From an uncultured Acidobacteriota bacterium (GTDB lineage Bacteria > Acidobacteriota > Vicinamibacteria > Marinacidobacterales > DATDRI01): DNA of 64,000 nucleotides. Positions 40,861 through 51,049 of this stretch are shown in pieces. Every line of letters starts with the position of its first letter. Positions within the stretch are counted from its first letter, which is position 1. The stretch is from the NCBI GenBank assembly GCA_963722765.1, contig CAVROO010000023.1, forward strand, positions 22,726 through 86,725. The letters run 5' to 3'. The notes beneath the pieces are model-generated. The model did not search any database. It was not told the origin of the DNA and saw nothing but the letters and a program-made list of their open reading frames with translations. The translations under genes and the position numbers were made by a program.

Positions 40861-43031
40861 CTACTCCAGAGGTCCGTTGTTCGGAAGCCGGTGGTTCTTC
40901 TTGAGAAGAATTCGCGCATCAACGACGGTCAAACCGTCTTCGCGGACGATGACCGGATTGAGGTCCATCTCCTGGATCTGAGGATAGGACTCGACGATCT
41001 CGGCGACCGCCATGAGGAGATCGACTAGAGCTTCGTGGTCGACGGAGGGCTGACCGCGAACCCCATTGAGAATGGGCGCCGAACGAATCTCGGAGAGCAT
41101 CTGTTTGGCGGAACCGCGGCTGATAGGGAGGACCCGAAACACGACGTCCTTGAGCACCTCGACCAGGATCCCGCCGATACCGAACATGATGACGGGACCG
41201 AACTGAGGGTCGATTTTGGTGCCGACGATGACCTCGGTCCCCGGATCGGCCATGGGTGAGACGACACACCCTTTGATGTCGGCCTTCGCCTTGAAACGTT
41301 TGGCGCGGCGTACGATGTCGGTGAAGGCTTTTCGAACTTGGGGTCCGTCCTCGAGCTGTAGTTTGATCCCGCCGGCTTCGCTTTTGTGAAGAATGTCGGG
41401 AGAGCAGATCTTGAGAGCAACAGGTGCCCGAATCTTAGCCGCAATCGCCACGGCTTCCTCGGCTGTGCGGGCGAGTCGGTCCTTCGAGACCGGCACATCG
41501 TGCAGTCTCAGAAGCTGCTTGGCCTCATGCTCGAGAAGAGAGTACCGCCCGTCCTTCTCCGCCGCCGCCAGGATATTCTGTCCTCCGGTTTTCGCTCTCA
41601 CACCCCAGTTGAAGACGAAATTCGTCCAGCGGTGCGATGTTCCCAGATAGTGGCCGTACTGCGACAGGGCGGCGACGCATTTGCAGGCCACTTCCACCGA
41701 GTCGAAGACGGGTATGCCGTAGTACCTGAGTAGGTCGAGAGAATGGGGTCGGGCAAAGTTGTACAGACTGTGGACAACGATTGGCTTGCCGGTCTCCCTA
41801 ACCAGTTTGCCCATCCGATGGGCGGCGTCCTCCTCGATGAAACGCAATCGCTCGGAGAACCGGAGCCCGTAGCCGCCAAAGAGGCCGACGACGAGCAGAC
41901 CGCCGATCTGGTAGCTCTCCAGAAGAATGCGCGCGCAGTCGGCAAAAACGCCGGGGTCCGAATCTCCGCTTCCCGCGACATCGACGGGATTGTGCAGCGA
42001 GGCGTTGGGAAGCAGCACATCGGCCAGCTTCTGCCGCGTGGGCTTGGTGAGCTCGGGGATCTTGATTCCCTGGTCGCTCAAGACATCGGCGGCGACGGTG
42101 GCGTGGCCACCGCCATCGGCCAGGATGGCGACGCGGCTGTTCCGATCGTCGGCAGACTCGACAGCGCTTCTGCCACCGGAAAAAGCTCGTCCGAGCTCTC
42201 GATGGTGATGATGCCGGCACGGGCAAAAGCCGTAGCGCGACACCTCCGAAATCCCGGCCAGGGCGCCGGTGTGAGAGCCGGCCGACTTGCTCCCCTTCGC
42301 CGAACGTCCGCTTTTGAGTAGGATCGACGGGTTTTTTCCGAGTCGTCTGATACGCCTGCTGCAGAAAACGACGTCCGTCGCTCATCCCCTCCACGTACAT
42401 CACGATCGCTTTCGTCTTCGGATCTTCGGTGAAGAACTCGAGGTACTCGTGGAACTTGATATCGGCCTCGTTGCCCACGCCCACGTAGTAGGAAAAGCCC
42501 TTCTGGCTCTTGAGTTGTGCCTCCGTGATGAGATGCAGCGCCATGTTTCCACTTTGCGTCAGCAGGGCGAGGTCGCCTTTGGGTACCCGTTCCAGGCCCA
42601 CGAGATTGAGGCCGGAGTGGACGTTGATCATTCCGCTGGTATTCGGGCCGAGAATGCGCATGTCGTGACCTGCCGCGATTCCGACGATCTTGTCCTGTAG
42701 CTGTTTACCCTTCCTTCCCAGCTCGCCGAATCCGCCGGCCACGACCACGGCCCCGGCGACGCCCTTGCTCCCGCACTCCTCCAGAATTTCCGGTAGGGTC
42801 TCGGCCGGCGTGGTGACCAGGGCCAGATCCACCGGGCCCTCGATATCGAGAACGCTGCGATAGCATCGCAAACCCAGGATGGTCTCCTCGTGCGGATTGA
42901 TCGGGATAGACAGAACCTTCGTACTTGCTTTCGATCAGAGCCCGAACGGCATGGAAACCGCGCTTCTTCTCGTCGCGGGAGGCACCCACGACCGCCACCG
43001 ACCGCGCGTCTAGCAGCTTTCCAAGAGACAT
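40861..43031 (-). CDS. ADP-forming acyl/acetyl-CoA synthetase (CoA-binding + CoA-ligase + ATP-grasp), four frame breaks as assembled
   Basis: MSLGKLLDARSVAVVGAS, RILGPNTSG, SGRSAKGSKSAGSHTGALAG, AFARAGIITIESSDELF and RVAILADGGGH lie in alternating frames. Breaks are near 42897, 42335 (T6 run), 42240 and 42145. Confidence 0.8.
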
Positions 43032-43032
43032 T

Positions 43033-43843
43033 TCACCTCCCGAGAAACTTGGGTTTCCGTTTCTCGCGGAATGCGGCATGACCTTCGTGCCAGTCCGCGC
43101 TGTCCATGCAGGCGAGGATCGCCTTCGTCTCTTGCTCGAGCGCCGTCTCGAAGTCGCGGCCCGGCGAGCGCTGCAGGAGCTCTTTGGCAAAGGCGATGGA
43201 GATCGGCGCTTTTTCGGAAATCTCGAGAGCGAGCGCGCGAGCTTGCTCCATGAGGCGTTCCACCGGACAGCAGCGAATCGCAAGCCCAAGCTCGACAGCG
43301 GTTTTTCCATCGATGACCCGGCCGGTGAAAACCAGTTCTTTGGCCCTGGCCAAACCGATGAGGCGCGGCAGGATGTGAGTCACACCGCCGCCCACGAACG
43401 TCCCGAGTCCGGTCTCGGGCAGCCCGAGCGTGGCCTCCTCGGCCATCAGGAGCAGGTCGCAGGCGAGGGCCATCTCGGTTCCCGGCGCCTCGTGCCGGCC
43501 CGTTGACGGCAGCGAGGACGGGCTTGGGAAACTCGACGATCTTCCGGATGGTTTCGTGGGCGAGCCGGATATATTCCTCTCGCTCGGTCGCGCTCCGTTC
43601 CCCGGACGAATGCTTCTTGAGATCGGCGCCGGCACAAAATGCTTGCTTCTCGACTCCGTCCCTTTCGAGAACCGAGCCGGTGAGGATCAGACAACGGATC
43701 CCGTCTTCGGCGCCTGTACTGGCAAGGACGTCCTGAATCTCGAGGTACATCTCCTCGATCACCGCGTTCATGCGTTCGGGCCGGTTGAGCTTGACCGTGG
43801 CCAAAGGTTCGTTGACGAGAAGCTCAATCGTCTCGTAGCTCAT
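43033..43843 (-). CDS. Enoyl-CoA hydratase/isomerase (crotonase) family protein, frameshifted as assembled near 43482
   Basis: ATG at 43843 after GGAGG. LILTGS...AFCAGADL continues in the second frame as GTEMALACDLLLMAEEATLGLPE. The stop is 1 nt before the acyl-CoA synthetase ATG. Confidence 0.8.
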
Positions 43844-44074
43844 CTCTACCTCCGTCACGAGCGTGTACGGCATTCTGCACCTGTCTGTCTATCCGGGACA
43901 CAGGCCAGAATTATATACGAGCCCTTCCATAGAGACGTCCAACAAAGTGTGGCAGACAGGAACCGATGTGGCGATTCTGCAACGCGGAGCGGTACGAAAC
44001 AACTCCCCTCACAGGCGCCTATCCATCAGCGCCTCAAATACTTCCTCGAAACGGGTGTGCTAATATCCAACGCC

Positions 44075-44920
44075 ATGGTTTCGGAACGTGAATTGCAGTC
44101 GGCAGGAAATGCAAAGGAGTTCGAATCGGAGGTGGCCAAGGCGACTCGAGAACTGGAGGAAAAGAACCGTGAGCTACGTCGGCTGAACGAGGAGCTTTAC
44201 TACATTCAGCGACGATTGGCTCGAATGGAACGACTCTCCGCAGCACAGCATGTCGCGGCGCGGTTCGCCCACAAGATCGGAACGCCCCTCAATCTCATCT
44301 CGGGACATATACAAGTTCTTCTGCAAGGCCGCAAAGAGGACGAGCCTCTTTCAGAAAAACTGCAATTGATACAATCTCAAATCGGGAAACTCGAAACGAT
44401 CGTTCGGGAAATAATGGATGAGACACGCAAGACCGATTCTCGAGCTCGAGTCCTTCGATTTGACCCGACTGCTCGACCGGATTTGCGCGCTCGTGGAGCC
44501 CACCTTCGCCGGCCGGGGGATTCCGGTCGACAGGAAGTTCGCCAGCCGATCCGCTCACGATTCTCGGGGACGAGGCACAACTCGAGCAAGTGTTTCTCAA
44601 TCTCTTCAACAACAGCCTTGGACGCCATGCCGGAAGGAGGCACACTTACAGTTCGGACGGAACCAAGCGAAGAAGGTGTTCGGGTCGAGCTCGTAGATTC
44701 CGGCGAGGGAATGACGGAAAGCGCTCTTTCTCAGATGTTCCGGCCCTTCTTCACGACGAAGGAAATGGGACGCGGGACGGGACTCGGTCTATCCATCGTC
44801 AAGGAAATTCTCAGCGCTCACGGCGCGACCATCGATGCAGAAAGTGAGCTCGGACAAGGCACCACGTTTAAGCTCGTGTTTCCTGTGGGGAACAGACGAT
44901 ACGGAGGTATCAGGAAATGA
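44075..44920 (+). CDS. Short cytoplasmic sensor histidine kinase (coiled coil + HisKA + HATPase_c, no sensor domain), three frame breaks as assembled
   Basis: H-box RFAHKIGTPLNLISGH, N-box QVFLNLFNNSLDAM, and DSGEGM and GTGLGLSIV. The reading frame switches near 44430, 44540 and 44622. Confidence 0.75.
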   Translation: MVSERELQSAGNAKEFESEVAKATRELEEKNRELRRLNEELYYIQRRLARMERLSAAQHVAARFAHKIGTPLNLISGHIQVLLQGRKEDEPLSEKLQLIQSQIGKLETIVREIMDETRKTDSRARVLRFDPTARPDLRARGAHLRRPGDSGRQEVRQPIRSRFSGTRHNSSKCFSISSTTALDAMPEGGTLTVRTEPSEEGVRVELVDSGEGMTESALSQMFRPFFTTKEMGRGTGLGLSIVKEILSAHGATIDAESELGQGTTFKLVFPVGNRRYGGIRK

Positions 44921-46293
44921 CTCGGCTCCTAGTAGCTGACGACGACCCCTTGACCTGTGATTTCTTCAAGGAGATCCTCCAAGAGCTTCCGCTCGAGATT
45001 CGACCTGTCTCGACCCTAGAAAAGCTGTTATTCTCGCAACGGAAGATCGTTTCGATGTCGTCATCAGCGACATCAACTTCGAGCAGGCAACGACCGGCAT
45101 CGACGTGCTGCGGGCCATCAAGAAGGCGCAGCCCGAAACTCAGGTGATTCTGGTGAGCGGTTTCGGAAGCCTCGACACCGCAATCGCCGCCGTTCGGGAG
45201 GGCGCTTTCGACTACGTCAGCAAGCCCTTCAATGTGGAGGAAGTTCAGGCCACGGTCCGCCGAGCCCTGGAAAAGCGAAAAGTCGGGCTGGCCGTTCAAG
45301 GACATGAAGGTGCTGCGGGAGAGGAGCCGATTCTGATCGGCTCGAGCGCCAAGATGCTGGCGGTCTACAAGACCATAGCCTATGTAGCCGACTCGAGAAC
45401 GACGGTACTCATACAAGGTGACAGTGGTACCGGAAAAGAGCTCGTGGCGCGTGCGATCCACGCCAAGGGCCCTCGTAGCTCGAAACCCTTCATCGCAGTC
45501 AACTGCGGAGCTCTGACCGAGACCCTGCTTGAAAGTGAGTTGTTCGGTCACTGTGAAGGGGTCGTTCACGGGTGCGGTAGCGGACAAACACGGCCTTTTC
45601 CATGCCGCCCAGGGAGGGACTCTCTTTCTGGACGAGATCAGTGAGACCAGCCCGGCACTCCAGGTCAAGCTGCTGCGGGTCCTTCAGCAGGATGAGTACA
45701 CTCCGGTGGGAAGCACGAAAGTCGCTCAAAACCGACGCTCGCGTCATCGCGGCAACCAATCGGGACCTCGAGAAAAGGGTCGACGCGGGCCTTTTCCGTG
45801 AAGACCTTTTCTACCGGCTGAACGTTGTCACCATCGAGGTTCCTTCGCTTCGCGAGCGCCGGGAAGACATCCCCAAGCTCATTGCCTATTTCATACGGCG
45901 ACTGGCCTCCAAGGGACAAACGGCGCCTCAATTCTCCTCCAAGAGCGCTCGAGATTCTGGTGCGATACCCCTGGCCGGGCAACGTTCGGGAGCTGGAGAA
46001 CACCATCGAGCGGCTGGCCCTTTTCAGCCGGGGCCGTCTCATCGAGGTCCAGGATCTTCCGGAAAAGATCAGGCAGAAGCAGGTATCCTTAGAGAGCAGA
46101 ATGTTCAAAGAGCTCCCGTCACTGGAGGAAATGGAGCGCCGCTACCTCTTCCACGTGCTGAAGGCGGTGGGAGGAAACCGGAAGACGGGCCGCCGAGGTC
46201 CTGAAAATCGATCGGCGAACGCTATACCGCATGCTCGACCGCTTCGAGCCCATGGACGAAAAAGGGACTCCAGAGGACGAAGTCGGAGCCTGA
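44917..46293 (+). CDS. Sigma-54-dependent response regulator (NtrC family: REC + AAA+ + Fis-type HTH), about five frame breaks as assembled
   Basis: [19 protein letters not shown] (REC), GDSGTGKE (Walker A), GSFTGA (GAFTGA variant), GGTLFLDEI and RRTLYRML (HTH). Breaks near 45020 (A4 run), 45548, 45718, 45925 and 46185. ATGA overlap with the kinase gene. Confidence 0.85.
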
Positions 46294-46493
46294 TGCGGGG
46301 CCTGTCCGCCGTGTGGCATTTTGCCCCAACGAGCGAGAACCTTGCCCCAAAAACGGATACCGCCCGCAAACGGCAAACGACGGCACAACCGCCCCACCGC
46401 ACCATTCCATAGGCGCCACGACCATCCTCGACCTCGATTCTTAAAGCACGGTAAACGTTGAACGTAGCCGACTCGTTCAGTCAGAGTCAAAGC

Positions 46494-46507
46494 GGCACAG
46501 GTCTTGC
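46494..46507 (+). promoter_or_regulatory. Sigma-54 (-24/-12) promoter candidate 200 nt downstream of the NtrC-like gene
   Basis: cGGCAC-aggtc-TTGCg with correct GG-N10-GC spacing. A GGGGGT Shine-Dalgarno-like element and the ATG at 46539 follow. Confidence 0.45.
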
Positions 46508-46538
46508 GATGACCTAAGCGATTGGGGGTATCAGAACT

Positions 46539-46622
46539 ATGCGCAAGATCGGCGTAGGGCTTACAACAATTCTTCTTTTCCTCCTCCCATTGGGATTCGG
46601 GCAATCCGATATGGAGACTTGA
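46539..46622 (+). CDS. 27-codon orphan ORF that is essentially only a signal peptide (MRKIGVGLTTILLFLLPLGFGQSDMET)
   Basis: ATG has a Shine-Dalgarno-like GGGGGT 10 nt upstream and lies directly behind the sigma-54 element. It could be a truncated gene remnant or part of an sRNA. Confidence 0.25.
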   Translation: MRKIGVGLTTILLFLLPLGFGQSDMET

Positions 46623-46687
46623 TCGACCTGGAGGACCGTGTGGGTCGAAGTGACTACTTGAACCGTGTTCTGGGGAACATCATCAAG

Positions 46688-47670
46688 TTATTGTCCCCAG
46701 CGGGCTCGAAATCCCCTCACATCCACGTGGACAAAGGGGCCGTGGGCAGTCGTTTTCCGGTACCTTCCCAAACCGCCCGTAAAGGGCGCATAGAAAGGTC
46801 TCCCGAACAGATCATCAACAATGTCGTAGACGACGGCGGCATCACGGAAATCAATCACTCCATCCTGGTTGAGGTCATCCATCATCGCGTCTTTGGGATT
46901 TTCGTCCACGAAGATATCGGCCGCACCTCCCCATACGTGTCGGCTGTAGCGCACGTTTCCGATGGCCTTGTTGTAGTAGGGCGTGCGGTAGCCGCTCATG
47001 ATGTGGAAGGTGTCACAGCGATATCCGCGCTCGTTCGTCCGTTCCAGGATGAGTTCGAGCTTCAGTAGGAGCCTCTCCTTCAACACAAGATAGACGGGAT
47101 ATCCGCCTTCCTGCTTGCACAAAAATTGCCGGAGAACAAAATGGGGGGAGATCTCCGTGTTCTGATTCCTCTCGGTGACCTCGATGAAGCCGAGCGGGGT
47201 TTGTAGATGGACAACCCCTTCAACGGATTTTTAGGATAGGCACCAATCCGGTACCCGTTGATGTACTCGCCTTTTAGCTCGTCGAACGGCACAAGAACGA
47301 AAACGGTGAAGTGCATCACTTCACCCGTCCCTTGATGATGGATTTCCAACGGGTAGACGCCCTTTTCAACGGGAGCCTTCCAAAGCCAGACGCACGGTCC
47401 CTGGCGGGTCACGAACCCCGACTCCGCGCGCATCTCGAAGCGAGCCGAGTCGCCGCTACCGATAGCTTCGAAGCGATGTTCCTCGCCGGGCAGAACGAAG
47501 ATCCCCATGATCCGATAAGGTGAGATCTCGTCCTTGAACTTCACCGAGAAACCCACTCGCCCGGTTGAAAAAGGCTCGCGAGCCGCCGGTCGAGCGAAGA
47601 TCCCGGGACGATCCAAACCGGCAGAAAAAACGCCCAGGAAACCGATGACGAGTAATTTGCGCCGGAGCAA
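46688..47670 (-). CDS. Peptidase M15A / DUF882 (YcbK/MepK-like) metallopeptidase, frameshifted as assembled near 47198 (G4/C4 run)
   Basis: Signal peptide MLRRKLLVIGFLGVFSAG. ..IYKP / PLGFIEVTERNQNTEISPHFVLRQFLCKQEGG joins the two ORFs. Zn-site pattern SGYRTP...SRHVWGGAADI...HVDVR. Confidence 0.75.
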
Positions 47671-47671
47671 C

Positions 47672-49380
47672 TTATTCCCTCGACGGAGGCTTGTCTTTCA
47701 AAGCTTCGTCCAAGAGTCGATCGCGGCCGTAAACGTCATTTCTGAAATGGATGGTTCCTGCCTGGTCAACCCAGCTCGTCCAATAGAGGAGATGCACTGG
47801 AATAGGTCGAGGCAGCCGAACGGTTTGTTCCATACCTTTCTGCGAAGCGGCAGTAATGTTCTCGGGGCTCCAACCGGCGGCCTCGCGCAGGAGATACTCC
47901 GCCAGCTCGAGAGGCTTCTCAATCCGGATACAACCGGAGCTGAACGTGCGCTCCGTCCTCCGGAACAACTCTCGGGAGGGCGTATCGTGGAGATAAACGT
48001 TGTAAGGATTGGGAAACATGAACTTCACTCCACCCAAGGCGTTATCCGGACCGGGTTCTTGACGAAATCGATAAGGAAAGCCTTCTCGTTTCAAGCTCGA
48101 CCAGTCAACCGCCGCCGGGTCAACCTCCTCGGCCTCCGAGCCCCAGCCGCGAAATACTTTGATGCTCTTCTTCGCCAGATAGTCTCCTTCTTTCTGAACC
48201 GCGGGAAGGACGTCTTGAACGGCAAGACTCGGCGGAACATGCCAGTACGGACTGAATACGAGATAGGTCATGGGGGAGCTGAACACCGGGGTTCGCCGAT
48301 ACGGTCTCCCAACAACAACCCGCATCGCCAGCACCATCCTTCCACCTTCGATGACTTCGAGATCGAAGCCGGGGATGTTGACAAGAATGTAGCTCTCACC
48401 CAAATCGAGAGGTAGCCATCGCCATCGCTCAAGATTCAGCTCGAGTTGCCGGACACGATCTCCCGCCGAAACGTTGAGGGCCGCCAACGTACCCTTGCCT
48501 ACCACACCGTCGGTATCGAGTCCGTGACGCCGCTGAAATCTTTTCACCGCCTCTTTTACGTCGGCATCAAACCGCACCGGTACCTCGGATGTTGCCGGGG
48601 CCAAATCCCCTGATGCTTCGAGCCGGCGGCGCAGGACGGTTACACGGTCATCCCGGTCGTCGAGCTGCAGCTTGGGTCCGTCCGCGAATCCGAGTCCAGC
48701 CACCTTCCCCGGCGAGGTTTCGATAACCGGCGAGCGCCTCCTTCATCCTCGAATATCCGTCGTCTCTCGGAAGCAGGCCACTCAAGGCTTCCGAGATATT
48801 GCCCGAGTCGAGAGCCGATTCGAGCAGACTGACAAAGTCCGCCTCTTTCGATTCGACGACGTGCCATTCGGTATCGAAAGTCGTGGGATTCACGCGGCCG
48901 GAGAGCAGATGGGAAGCGTAAACGATGAAGCCGTCCGTCAGCAACAAGTCGAGATCGACCAGACGTCGAGGGTCGATAGGTTTACCCGTCCGTGCGTCGA
49001 GCTCGATTTCACCCAACGTTGTGTCTATCTTGGCCAGGTGGTAGACGCTTGGATCCATGCCCTCCTGTTCGGCGTTGCGTAACGCTTGCAGCAAACGCAC
49101 CGCTCGAGGAAGGGCTCCTTGGTCGGCACTCCATGCGGGCTGGTAAAGACGTTGTTGATAAAAGAGAGGTAGGAATCGTGAGGCGTAGATCGCCTCTCCA
49201 CCCACCTCGATTCGATGCAGAGCTCCGGCCGCCTCGATTCGATTGCGTATGGACTCGGCGACTCGTTCTGCTTGGGAGGCTGCAGAAAGGGCGGGAACGA
49301 GAGATCGAATAGAGCATCCAAGCTCTCAAAATAAAACAAAGCTTCAAAGTCCCGCCCACGCCCGAGCCACTATTGCCCAT
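47672..49380 (-). CDS. L,D-transpeptidase of the YcbB/LdtD type (PG-binding + YkuD domains), two frame breaks as assembled (near 48685 and 49300)
   Basis: VKRFQRRHGLDTDGVVGKGTLAALNV is PG_binding_1. LHDTPSRELF...FSSGCIRI is the YkuD catalytic Cys. The N-terminal part sits in ORF 48648..49205. The start near 49380 is approximate. Confidence 0.8.
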
Positions 49381-49409
49381 CTCACGAACCGTTACAGCAC
49401 CAATCGACT

Positions 49410-49830
49410 TCAGGAAGATTCCCCTTCCGCAGCCCACGTCAAGAGTCCGGGCATAAACGGAGTGGCCAGGTCGGGGTGGTTGGGCAAGACACGAAAGGTA
49501 TATCCGTGCAGCCCACTTCGCTTGCAACGGACTCCTCGTGACTCGAAGGTGTGATTTCCTTCGTTATCGGACTCGGTCCTGTGCATGGTCGCCGCCTGGG
49601 CGCTCACAAATTCACCATCCGAGCTCAGGAGCCCGAAGAAGAGTTGTACCGAGACGGCCGCGGGGCCGAGATCACCAAGCTGGACGCGCGCACGAACCTG
49701 TATCTCATCTCCAACGGAAAGCTCGGCCTTCGCATGGTCACCTGAATCCACCGGCCCCAAACGGATCCGATTCCAAGATTCTCGGACGCCACGCTTCCAA
49801 GTCGCAAGGGCCCTGGCTCCGCTATCAAAT
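49410..49830 (-). pseudogene. Alpha-glucan phosphorylase (GlgP-type), C-terminal about 140-codon remnant only
   Basis: ..LATWKRGVRESWNRIRLGPVD..VGDEIQVRARVQLGDLGPAAVSVQLFFG...SGLHGYTFRVLPNHPDL..PGLLTW matches the tail domain of a protein of about 850 aa. The frame opens right after a TAA and no upstream part exists. Confidence 0.55.
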
Positions 49831-49883
49831 GATGCCCTTTAGTCCCAATCGTTTCCAGCCGCACCATCTTCTTCCGACTTGGG

Positions 49884-50474
49884 TCAAGCCGCCTCTCCCG
49901 ACCGCCTCGTCCGGCTCGGATGGAGTTTCTTACTCAATGCGAGGATTCTATCCTCCAATTGCCACTGGATCCTGAATCCCCGTCTTTGCGCCATCTCGAT
50001 TACCTGTCGGTTGTCGGGAGTCGTTACGGCAACGATCTCTTTCACGCCCCCGCGGCACACCACGTCCAGACAATAGTCCGCCAGCGCACTGCCGAGTCCC
50101 AGGCCTTGCCAGCGATCCGCGACGAGAACGGCCACCTCTACCGATCGTTGGAGCGTTTCGGCCGCCAGGTCGCCGAAGCCGATCAGTTTTTTCGTTCCCT
50201 CAGATTCGATCTCGGCCACTATCACTTTCTCATGTTTGCCTTCGACGTCACAGAACCTCGATGCCAGCTCGCCCAGGCGCTTGGTCACATAGTGGAAGCG
50301 GCGATAGAGCGATGTGGGAGAACAGGACTCCAAAAGCTCCTGCAGCAGAAGTTGATCTTCCGGTTGCACCCCTCTCAACACAACAGACGTACCGTCCCTT
50401 AGCCGGGCGGTAACGGGACCTGACCCGACCGCCGAATCCAGGGGCGTCATCGATTTGTGGGAGGTCTGGGTCAT
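49884..50474 (-). CDS. GNAT-family N-acetyltransferase (Pat-type stand-alone domain)
   Basis: LRGVQPEDQLLLQELLESCSPTSLYRRF and the acetyl-CoA site RWQGLGLGSALA. The start lies 4 nt after the upstream gene's stop. Confidence 0.8.
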   Translation of the reverse strand: MTQTSHKSMTPLDSAVGSGPVTARLRDGTSVVLRGVQPEDQLLLQELLESCSPTSLYRRFHYVTKRLGELASRFCDVEGKHEKVIVAEIESEGTKKLIGFGDLAAETLQRSVEVAVLVADRWQGLGLGSALADYCLDVVCRGGVKEIVAVTTPDNRQVIEMAQRRGFRIQWQLEDRILALSKKLHPSRTRRSGEAA

Positions 50475-50478
50475 GTAT

Positions 50479-51048
50479 CTATTTCTTTTTCAACACCGCT
50501 CTCCATCCACTGGGATGCGGAAAGGGGGTGAAGTGGCTCGTCTCCGAGAAACGATCCACCACGCAGAAAACGTTCGGATCGACATCCCTCGCCGCTCGAA
50601 TGGCTTCCGGCAGGTGTCAACGTGCCATGGTAGCGAAGACCAACCGGCTGCGGGAGCCGTTGACCTCACTTTGAAAGACGCCGAGCACGCGGCCGAAAAA
50701 GGAAAGCGGCTCGACGATTGCTTTCCCCTTCGCCGAGATCATGCGAACCACGCACTGTCCGAAAGCGAGCCTTCGCTCGAGGACAATCCCGACTGCATTG
50801 CCGGCGGCGAAACCGGCGGCATAGGCAACGACGAGCACAGGGTGCTCACGGACTCTCAGAATCACCTGGGAGATGGACGTCATCCACAACAAGACCTCGA
50901 AGAAACCGAGAGCCACGGACAGACGTAGTCTTCCGTTGACGACCATAATAGTACGCATCGTGCCCAAAGACACATCGACCACCCTCAGTACAAAGATGAG
51001 TCCCGCCAACGCCCACACCGGCAGCCCGTTATCGAGGAATGATCCCAT
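50479..51048 (-). CDS. UPF0316/DUF2179-family small membrane protein, interrupted by an in-frame TGA (50617-50619)
   Basis: LIFVLRVVDVSLGTMRTIMVVNGR...GFFEVLLWMTSISQVI is typical of the family. After ..ATMAR-TGA the same frame continues as HLPEAIRAARDVDPNVFCVVDRFSETSHF, a DUF2179-like end, to the TAG at 50479. Confidence 0.7.
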
Positions 51049-51049
51049 T

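Noticed and set aside
43844-44074. Sigma-54 promoter for the crotonase/acyl-CoA-synthetase operon in the region divergent from the sigma-54 two-component system.
   Set aside because: I scanned both strands and found no GG-N10-GC element with a TTGC-like -12 box. Only a TATAAT word (complement of 43910-43915) was found, and it lacks a properly spaced -35.
46619-47068. ORF 46619..47068 + as a continuation of the 27-codon signal-peptide ORF via a frameshift.
   Set aside because: From 46688 onward it is antisense to the well-supported M15A peptidase gene and has no motif of its own.
50600-50640. Selenocysteine or Trp recoding of the in-frame TGA in the DUF2179 gene.
   Set aside because: There is no obvious SECIS-like hairpin immediately downstream and the position is not in a redox motif. 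No other in-frame TGA is seen in intact genes of the window.
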